A stretch of 64,000 nucleotides of DNA from Bacteroidales bacterium (GTDB lineage: Bacteria > Bacteroidota > Bacteroidia > Bacteroidales > P3): positions 2,090 through 66,089 of the forward strand of contig JBAYYI010000003.1 in assembly GCA_041673165.1 (NCBI GenBank), written 5' to 3'. The position numbers and the translations under genes were made by a program. How positions within the stretch are numbered: the first letter of the stretch is position 1; each line of letters starts with the position of its first letter. Below are positions 55,523-61,965 of this stretch, piece after piece. The notes below the pieces were generated by a model. The model had not been told where the DNA came from, made no database searches, and saw nothing but the letters and a program-made list of their open reading frames with translations.

Positions 55523-58414
55523 TTAGTTATTGTGTTCAGCCTTTGGCATGGTGAAAATAAAATCACTTCCTTTGCCTAATTCTGATTCTACCCAAATAAG
55601 TTCTTCATGTTTTTGTATAAGTTCTTTAACAATCGATATCCCTAATCCAGTGCCTTTTTCCCCTTGGGTTCCTACTTTTGTTTCGTTAGAATCGCTAATA
55701 AATAGTTGATTTGCATATTCCTGATCCATTCCAACTCCGTTATCAGAGATGGTTATTTGAATCTTATTGTCTTTTTCCTTTGATTCAACCTTGATTTCAC
55801 CATTTTTGTTGGTGAACTTGATTGAATTACTTATTAGGTTTCTCAATATTGTTTTCAATATATTGATATCTGCTTCAATATATAAGTTGTCTGGAATTGA
55901 ACAAGAAAGGGTTATATTTTTAACTTGAGCATGTGTGTTTAAATTCTTAAATGTATGTAAAACAACTGCTTTAAGTTCAAACACTTTTTTGTCAACATCC
56001 ATTATACCTGACCTAACTCTAAGCCAAACAAGTATTTCTTCCATTAGTTTGTATCCCTTTTCAGAACTTTCGTTTATGATACCTGTAAATTCTTTTATAT
56101 TCTCCTTATCTATTTCCTCTAAGTTATCTAAAATATATTGAGAGAATCCTATTATTGATGTGAAAGGATTTTTTAAATCATGAGCAAGTATCCCAATAAA
56201 CTTGTCCTTATCGAAGTTAATCTTTTGAAGATCTTTGGTAAAGGCAATGATTTTCTCTTCTTTTTCTTTTCTTTCAGATATATCAAAGAAAGTCACAACT
56301 GCACCGATGGCTTCTCCTTGGTGTATTTGAGGGTATGAGAAATACTCTGCAGGGAAATATGAACCATCTTTTCTCCAAAACACCTCATCAGCCGAATGCA
56401 TGCCTATATTGTTTGTAAAAGCTTTGTAAATAATGCAGTCATGTATGTTCATAGGATTTCCATCTATATCTGAATGATGAATTAGGTTATGTATGTTTTG
56501 ACCTAGTAAATCCTCTTCTTTTGAATAGCCAAGAATATTTAGGCAAGCTTTATTAGCAAATGTGCAATTCCCATTATTATCTATTCCATATATACCTTCT
56601 GCGGTTGAGTTTAATAGTAGGCTTATCTTTTCTTCTTTTTCTTTTCTTTCAGTTATATCAATGAAGGTTAGAACAGCTCCAATAACTTCTTCTTTATGTA
56701 TTTGAGGGTGAGAAAAGAGCTCAACTGGAATTTTTGAACCATCTTTTTTCCAAAACACCTCATCAGACGAATGCATACCTTTACCGTTCTTAAAAGCATT
56801 TTCAATAGTGCAATCTTGCGTTTTGATAGGTTTGCCTTCAATATCTGAATGATGAATTAGGTTATGCATGTTTTGACCTAATAATTCTTCTTCTTTTGAA
56901 TAGCCAAGTATATTTAGGCAAGCTTGGTTAACAAATGTGCAATTCCCATTATTATCTAATCCATAAATACCTTCAGCAGTAGAGTTTAATATTAGGTTTA
57001 TCTTTTCTTCTTTTTCTCTAATAATATCTTTTTCCTTCAATATCTCTGTAATATCTCTGCTTATACTAATAATTCCGATAACTTTCCTATTATCGTCAAA
57101 CAAAGGAATTTTATTAGTCTGTTCTTGTCTCGTTTCTCCATTAACATCACAGAACAAATTAATCTTCCCTTTTAGTTGCTTGCCTGTTTGAAAAACATTA
57201 TCATCTTCTTCTTGATACTCTTTTGCTCTATCCTCAGGGACAAGATCTCCATAGCTTTTACCAATAATATCTTTCCAACTATTATAGCCAGTAAGTGTTG
57301 CAAGACTTTGGCTACAAAAAACTATTTTCCCATCTTCATTCTTGAAGAGTACATAATCAGTTATATGTTCCAAAAAAGTTTCAAAGTAACGGTTGAATAA
57401 TAAATACTCTTGTTCTTGTTCTTTCTCATGAGTTAAATCTTGAAGAGTAAGGAAAACTCCATAGCCTTCAACTTTTAGCGGTTCTGAACTTAGTCCAATC
57501 CATTTGATTTGGTTTTCTTGTTGTAATCCAACTTCAAAATTAGAAATAGAAACTCCTTTTTCCAATGTTTTTATACCCGGACATTCATCATCAGGAACAG
57601 GGCTTAGGTCAGGATAAATAAAGCTAAAGTTTTTTGAATGCAAATTAACACTTAGTAAATCTTCTTTTGAAGCTCCTAAAATATTTTCTGTAGCTCTATT
57701 GCAGTCAATAATATTACCCTCCTTGTCAGTAAGAATAACCCCCTCATGAAGAGTTTGAAAAATTGATTTGTATTTATGTTCACTTTCCTCAACCTTAACA
57801 AAAACATCCTTATAAGCAGAGTTTAATGTGTTGAGTTCAATATTATTCTTATCAAGTTCTTTTACCAATTTAATAAAAGCTTTATTGAAATAACTTATTG
57901 AACTAATAAGGATTATTGCTGTAATAAATATAGTAAATAATGCATATATCCAGCTTATAAAATTAGCGTTAAAAGCATTAAAGTCTATTTCTCTAACAAA
58001 TAGCTTGTTTAAAATAGAATATTCAATTACAATATAGCCTAAGAGGGCAATAATAGAATAGATTATTCCTAATTTTTTACCGTATAAAACAGTAATTATT
58101 GCAATACCAATAAGACATAAGAAGTGACCACCAGAAAATCCAAAGTATAAATTCCCTACAAATCCTGAAATAAGGAATAATGAACCGACAATATGAGATT
58201 TTAGAATAATGGATAGTTTGTTTCTTAAAAGGAAAATAACCGAAATGAGTATAAACATGCTACAAAACAAAACATAATTAATATCAAATCCATATTCAAT
58301 AATTTGAATTAAAGAGAAAGCAATTGCAGGAAGGGCTAAAATTAATAAACTAAGAATAGAATATTTGAATAGTTTCTCTCTAGCTGAATTCATTTCCGTT
58401 TTTAAGTCTTTCAT
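55523..58414 (-). CDS. Membrane-bound multi-PAS sensor histidine kinase
   Basis: The track ORF starts at 58504, which would overlap the tRNA-Cys terminator. I moved the start to the ATG at 58414 (MKDLKTEMNSAREK), 48 nt downstream of a TATTTTTG -7 box. It has about 6 TM helices, 4-5 PAS modules, an H-box (ILAHDLKNPFTSIIGF) and an HATPase domain (DNGVGM, GTGLGISIVKEL). Confidence 0.8.
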   Translation of the reverse strand: MKDLKTEMNSAREKLFKYSILSLLILALPAIAFSLIQIIEYGFDINYVLFCSMFILISVIFLLRNKLSIILKSHIVGSLFLISGFVGNLYFGFSGGHFLCLIGIAIITVLYGKKLGIIYSIIALLGYIVIEYSILNKLFVREIDFNAFNANFISWIYALFTIFITAIILISSISYFNKAFIKLVKELDKNNIELNTLNSAYKDVFVKVEESEHKYKSIFQTLHEGVILTDKEGNIIDCNRATENILGASKEDLLSVNLHSKNFSFIYPDLSPVPDDECPGIKTLEKGVSISNFEVGLQQENQIKWIGLSSEPLKVEGYGVFLTLQDLTHEKEQEQEYLLFNRYFETFLEHITDYVLFKNEDGKIVFCSQSLATLTGYNSWKDIIGKSYGDLVPEDRAKEYQEEDDNVFQTGKQLKGKINLFCDVNGETRQEQTNKIPLFDDNRKVIGIISISRDITEILKEKDIIREKEEKINLILNSTAEGIYGLDNNGNCTFVNQACLNILGYSKEEELLGQNMHNLIHHSDIEGKPIKTQDCTIENAFKNGKGMHSSDEVFWKKDGSKIPVELFSHPQIHKEEVIGAVLTFIDITERKEKEEKISLLLNSTAEGIYGIDNNGNCTFANKACLNILGYSKEEDLLGQNIHNLIHHSDIDGNPMNIHDCIIYKAFTNNIGMHSADEVFWRKDGSYFPAEYFSYPQIHQGEAIGAVVTFFDISERKEKEEKIIAFTKDLQKINFDKDKFIGILAHDLKNPFTSIIGFSQYILDNLEEIDKENIKEFTGIINESSEKGYKLMEEILVWLRVRSGIMDVDKKVFELKAVVLHTFKNLNTHAQVKNITLSCSIPDNLYIEADINILKTILRNLISNSIKFTNKNGEIKVESKEKDNKIQITISDNGVGMDQEYANQLFISDSNETKVGTQGEKGTGLGISIVKELIQKHEELIWVESELGKGSDFIFTMPKAEHNN

Positions 58415-58461
58415 AAAAAGGAGTTTTAAAATGATAAGGTTAATATATTGATAACAATACG

Positions 58462-58469
58462 CAAAAATA
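58462..58469 (-). promoter_or_regulatory. -7 box TATTTTTG (membrane PAS kinase)
   Basis: Plus-strand CAAAAATA, 48 nt upstream of the ATG at 58414 and downstream of the tRNA terminator. Confidence 0.45.
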
Positions 58470-58492
58470 CAATAAATGTTATAATATAAAAA

Positions 58493-58518
58493 CAAAAAAG
58501 CCACCTTGTGAGGTGGCT
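58493..58518 (-). terminator. Rho-independent terminator downstream of tRNA-Cys
   Basis: On the minus strand AGCCACC-TCACAA-GGTGGCT is followed by TTTTTT (plus-strand AAAAAA at 58493-58498). Confidence 0.7.
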
Positions 58519-58536
58519 GAAACGATTATTTTCTTG

Positions 58537-58607
58537 AGGTCTCTTCCAGATTCGAACTGGAGTGGACGGTTTTGCAGACCGGTGCCTAACCGCTCGGCCA
58601 AGAGACC
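58537..58607 (-). tRNA. tRNA-Cys (anticodon GCA)
   Basis: Minus-strand sequence: GGTCTCTTGGCCGAGCGGTTAGGCACCGGTCTGCAAAACCGTCCACTCCAGTTCGAATCTGGAAGAGACCT. Acceptor stem GGTCTCT/AGAGACC, T-arm TCCAG-TTCGAAT-CTGGA, anticodon loop CTGCAAA. CCA is not encoded. Confidence 0.85.
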
Positions 58608-58703
58608 TTGTTTTAATCAGGTTGCAAAATTACAACTTTTTTCCATATTACCAAAACCACAAGCCTTTTTAACAAAAAAAATGATTAGGTCTTAGCTTTT
58701 TTA

Positions 58704-58711
58704 TATCTTTG
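58704..58711 (+). promoter_or_regulatory. -7 box TATCTTTG (lpxD)
   Basis: TTATATCTTTGCAG, 28 nt upstream of the ATG at 58740. Confidence 0.55.
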
Positions 58712-58739
58712 CAGAAGGAATAAAATTATAATATAAGAT

Positions 58740-59771
58740 ATGGAATTTACTGCAGGACAAATTGCCCAAATGTTGGGAGGAATGGTAGTGGGAAATGAAA
58801 ATGCTATCGTTAACACTCTTTGTAAGATTGAAGAAGGAACAGAAAAGGGGATGTCTTTCCTTTCAAACCCTAAATACGAACATTATATCTACGACACAAA
58901 AGCTTCAGTGGTTATTGTGAATAAAGGCTTTGAACCGGATAAAGAACTAAAGACAACAATTATAAAAGTAGATGACGCATACGGTTGTTTTGCAAAGGTC
59001 TTAGATATCTATAATGAATATATGCTAAACAAGACAGGAGTTTCTTCTCTTTCATTTATTTCAAAGTCTTCTTCAATCGAAGGGGAGCCTTATGTAGGAG
59101 AGTTTGCCTTTATTGGAGAAAATGTGAAAATAGGCAAGGGAGCAAAGATATATCCCCATGTTTATATTGGTGACAATGTTCAAATAGGCGATAATGTCAC
59201 CTTTTTCTCAGGTGCAAAGGTTTATCATTCTTGCATAATAGGGAATAATTGTAGCATTAACTCAGGAGCTGTTATCGGAGCTGATGGTTTTGGTTTTGCT
59301 CCCCTTGAAGATGGTTCTTTTAAGAAGATTGCACAAATAGGAAATGTTATTTTAGAAGATAATGTCGATATTGGAGCAAACACAACAATAGACAGAGCAA
59401 CAATGGGAAGCACTATAATTAAAAAAGGAGTAAAATTAGACAACCTTATTCAAATAGGACATAATGTAACAATTGATCAAAACACAGTTATTGCTGCACA
59501 AACAGGAGTTTCTGGTTCAACAAAAATAGGTAAGAATTGTTTTATTGGAGGTCAAGTTGGATTTGCAGGACATATAGCAATAGGCGACAATGTTAAGATT
59601 GGAGCTCAGTCAGGCATTATGTCTAATATTGCAGACAATTCAAGCGTTTTTGGCTCACCTTCTTGGGATGCAAGACCATATATGAAAAGCTATTCGTTCT
59701 TTAGAAAGCTTCCAGATCTTGCCGCAAAAATAAACGAACTTGAAAAAAGGATAAAAGAATTAGAGAAATAA
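58740..59771 (+). CDS. lpxD: UDP-3-O-acylglucosamine N-acyltransferase
   Basis: 343 aa. N-terminal LpxD domain, long left-handed beta-helix hexapeptide repeats (IGDNV.IG...) and a C-terminal coiled coil. Confidence 0.9.
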   Translation: MEFTAGQIAQMLGGMVVGNENAIVNTLCKIEEGTEKGMSFLSNPKYEHYIYDTKASVVIVNKGFEPDKELKTTIIKVDDAYGCFAKVLDIYNEYMLNKTGVSSLSFISKSSSIEGEPYVGEFAFIGENVKIGKGAKIYPHVYIGDNVQIGDNVTFFSGAKVYHSCIIGNNCSINSGAVIGADGFGFAPLEDGSFKKIAQIGNVILEDNVDIGANTTIDRATMGSTIIKKGVKLDNLIQIGHNVTIDQNTVIAAQTGVSGSTKIGKNCFIGGQVGFAGHIAIGDNVKIGAQSGIMSNIADNSSVFGSPSWDARPYMKSYSFFRKLPDLAAKINELEKRIKELEK

Positions 59772-59776
59772 AAATA

Positions 59777-59816
59777 AAACAACCCTATGCAAAAAGCGTA
59801 GGGTTGTTTCTTTTTT
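59777..59816. terminator. Bidirectional terminator between convergent lpxD and folE
   Basis: AAACAACCCTA (59777-59787) pairs with TAGGGTTGTTT (59799-59809), followed by CTTTTTT. An A-rich run precedes it for the opposite strand. Confidence 0.8.
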
Positions 59817-60423
59817 AAGAAAGCTTTGAACTTATAAGCTGAAGAAATTCCGCTCTTGTTTCACTCTTAAGAAAAGCACCAGTGAAGTCAGAAGTCGTAG
59901 TAACAGAATTTTGTTTCTGAACACCACGCATACTCATACAAAGATGTCTTGCCTCAATCACAACAATAACCCCAAGTGGGTTTAGGGTTTCTTGAATACA
60001 ATCTTTAATTTGCTTAGTTAAACGCTCTTGAACCTGAAGTCGGCGAGAAAAGCACTCCACAACACGAGGAATCTTACTAAGTCCAACAATCTTTCCATTA
60101 GGAATATAGCCAACGTGAGCCTTTCCAATCATAGGAACCATATGATGCTCACAAAGAGAATAAATCTCAATCTCCTTAACAATAACCATTTGTTTATAGT
60201 CCTCATTAAAGGTAGCAGAGCGAAGAATCTCAACAGGGTCTTCATCGTAACCGTGAGTGAAGAACTGCATAGCCTTTGCAACCCTCATAGGAGTATCCAA
60301 AAGCCCCTCACGAGAGGCATCCTCCCCAATCAAAGTTAAAATCTCTTTATAGTGATGAGCTAATTTCTCAAGGGTTTCTGGGTTATATCTTTCAGTTTTT
60401 TTATATCCTTTATCAATATCCAT
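59815..60423 (-). CDS. folE: GTP cyclohydrolase I
   Basis: 202 aa. Motifs: [45 protein letters not shown]. Confidence 0.95.
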   Translation of the reverse strand: MDIDKGYKKTERYNPETLEKLAHHYKEILTLIGEDASREGLLDTPMRVAKAMQFFTHGYDEDPVEILRSATFNEDYKQMVIVKEIEIYSLCEHHMVPMIGKAHVGYIPNGKIVGLSKIPRVVECFSRRLQVQERLTKQIKDCIQETLNPLGVIVVIEARHLCMSMRGVQKQNSVTTTSDFTGAFLKSETRAEFLQLISSKLS

Positions 60424-60462
60424 AAGAATTATTTTGTCTGTAAAAATCTAAATATTAAGATG

Positions 60463-60470
60463 CAAAATTA
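60463..60470 (-). promoter_or_regulatory. -7 box TAATTTTG (folE)
   Basis: Plus-strand CAAAATTA, 40 nt upstream of the ATG at 60423. Confidence 0.5.
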
Positions 60471-60567
60471 TGAAAATTAAGCTCACAATCCATAAAAAGG
60501 CAATAAATAATTATTAAATAGAAAATCTTTCGCATGGAAAACAAAGAAAGGAAGTCGCAACCTGACA

Positions 60568-60603
60568 CCTTTGATTTACAATTTTATTACTTGACATTCC
60601 AAC
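60568..60603 (+). repeat. 36-bp conserved box, copy 2
   Basis: CCTTTGATTTACAATTTTATTACTTGACATTCCAAC. It matches 10265-10300 at 32 of 36 positions. Confidence 0.8.
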
Positions 60604-60709
60604 TATAATATAAAAGCATAAGTAATTTGCTGGATTATAAGCTGGATTTGTTCTTGGTTCAGTAAGTTCCTAAGTAAGGAATCCAATAAAAGGGAAATGT
60701 TTTGTTTTT

Positions 60710-60733
60710 TCATTTATTTTGTTTTCCTTTGCA
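60710..60733 (+). repeat. 24-nt exact repeat TCATTTATTTTGTTTTCCTTTGCA, copy 1 (within a similar block of about 55 nt)
   Basis: Identical 24-mer at 61884-61907. The flanking upstream 30 nt is also similar (AGGAATCCAATAAAAGGGAAATG versus AGGAATCAAGTGAGGAAATT). Confidence 0.85.
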
Positions 60734-60808
60734 GTGTTGAAATAGCTTAGCTCTTAGTTATGACGTCTTTGGTCTAAGCCTTATTTAAGAAAACCAACCA
60801 AATAATAA

Positions 60809-60840
60809 GAATATCAATTGGAAAGGAATATCAATTGGAA
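60809..60840 (+). repeat. Direct repeat GAATATCAATTGGAA x2
   Basis: 60809-60823 and 60826-60840, identical 15-mers. Confidence 0.8.
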
Positions 60841-60919
60841 CAAAACAAAAGCTAGAGTTTATAATTGCCTGATAACAACAAAAGAAAACAAACTAATAAC
60901 AAAGAAATTCATAAAACAA

Positions 60920-61245
60920 TAAGGCTTTAAATTGATTTAGATAAGGTATCTCTCAATTTTTATAAGCTCATTTTGAATCTGCATAAGCTCATTTTGAATC
61001 TTTACAAGGTAATTGCATACAATAACCGCCATTTTTTGCCCCAAAAACCGCCGGTTTTTGACTGAAAAAAGACTTTTTTTGATTAGAAACCGCCGGTTTT
61101 TGGGGTAAAACTCGGCAGTTTTTGGGTCTCAACTCCTTATGAAAATCTAAAAAGAGCTTATAAGGATTTAAAATGAGCTTATGTAGATTGAAAAAAAGCT
61201 TGTTACGAATTAGAAATAGCTTATATAGATTCAAAAATTACATAT
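60920..61245. repeat. Imperfect palindrome of about 300 bp built from phased 21-bp modules (dyad axis at 61072)
   Basis: ATAAGCTCATTTTGAATCT occurs exactly at 60962-60980 and 60983-61001. Five AAACCGCCGGTTTTTG-type units start at 61024, 61046, 61067, 61088 and 61109. Inverted copies of the first word lie at 61143-61161, 61164-61182 and 61185-61203. 61039-61057 mirrors 61087-61105 with one mismatch. Confidence 0.9.
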
Positions 61246-61274
61246 AATAACCCAATCAGATAACGTTATAGTAA

Positions 61275-61325
61275 AATAAGATAGTATAATAGTAATAATA
61301 ATAGAATAAGATAGCATAATAGTAA
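61275..61325 (+). repeat. AT-rich direct repeat AATAAGATAG(T/C)ATAATAGTAA x2, 30 bp apart
   Basis: 61275-61295 and 61305-61325 are identical at 20 of 21 positions. They lie 50-100 nt upstream of the HU-like gene. Confidence 0.8.
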
Positions 61326-61373
61326 AATAAGAAAACTTAATCATTCGAAATAATCATTTAATAATCAAATAAT

Positions 61374-61799
61374 ATGCCAATAAAATATTTTAGATTAAAG
61401 AAGAAAATTACAATAAACTCAATTCCGGTGGATAGGTATATTGCTAATATTCAAATCGAAACCAATGCTGACCTTGAAATGATTTCGGAGATAATTGAGA
61501 AGCAAAGTACTATGAGTAGGGGTGATATTATGGGAGTGCTTGCTCAACTTGAACCTGCAATTTGGTTTATGCTGGAAAATGGACATCCTGTAACGCTTGG
61601 AGTTTTAGGGACTTTCTATCCTGCAATTGATGCATTGTCGATGGATAGCCCAGAGAAAGTTACTACTAGGACTATTAAAAGATTTAGAACAATTTTCAAG
61701 CCCTCAAAATATCTAAAGAAAAGGTTTAAAGATGTACAATTTGTTCTTGGCGACAACAAGGTCAGGGAAGTAAGATACAAGAAAAAACCTCTTGAATAG
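61374..61799 (+). CDS. HU-family (Bacteroidota histone-like) DNA-binding protein
   Basis: 141 aa. The pattern EMISEIIEKQSTMSRGDIMGVLAQLEPAIWFMLENGHPVTLGVLGTFYP....KRFRTIFKPSK resembles the Bacteroidota-specific HU-like family often found in accessory islands. Confidence 0.6.
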   Translation: MPIKYFRLKKKITINSIPVDRYIANIQIETNADLEMISEIIEKQSTMSRGDIMGVLAQLEPAIWFMLENGHPVTLGVLGTFYPAIDALSMDSPEKVTTRTIKRFRTIFKPSKYLKKRFKDVQFVLGDNKVREVRYKKKPLE

Positions 61800-61883
61800 T
61801 TACAGAATTACCAGAATAGTATAAAATTCAGTCCTCTAACTTCATATTAAGCAGGAATCAAGTGAGGAAATTATTTTGATTTG

Positions 61884-61907
61884 TCATTTATTTTGTTTTC
61901 CTTTGCA
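61884..61907 (+). repeat. 24-nt exact repeat TCATTTATTTTGTTTTCCTTTGCA, copy 2 (upstream of the KAP NTPase)
   Basis: Identical to 60710-60733. It ends 58 nt before the KAP NTPase ATG. Confidence 0.85.
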
Positions 61908-61965
61908 CAGTCATAAGACTTTAATTTTGATTTAATGACACTATATTTTAACCTTTAATGATTGT

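Noticed and set aside
58415-58504. 30-codon N-terminal extension of the membrane histidine kinase ORF
   Set aside because: It would overlap the tRNA-Cys terminator hairpin (58493-58518) and the -7 box at 58462-58469. The ATG at 58414 is preferred.
58513-58695. 60-aa plus-strand ORF
   Set aside because: It runs straight through tRNA-Cys (58537-58607) on the opposite strand and its flanks. This is a chance ORF.
60603-60713. 36-aa minus-strand ORF (MKKQNISLLLDSLLRNLLNQEQIQLIIQQITYAFIL) starting inside the conserved 24-mer
   Set aside because: The second copy of the same conserved block (61884-61907) gives only a 9-codon ORF. The conservation is therefore at the DNA level, not the protein level.
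60989-61234. 81-aa minus-strand ORF with striking heptad periodicity (LYKLFLI RNKLFFN LHKLILN PYKLFLD ... QKPAV ... QKPAV)
   Set aside because: The periodicity simply reflects the 21-bp DNA modules (7 codons). The ORF spans the dyad, so its two halves derive from inverted copies of the same words. There is no plausible promoter or start context. I treat it as an artefact of the repeat.
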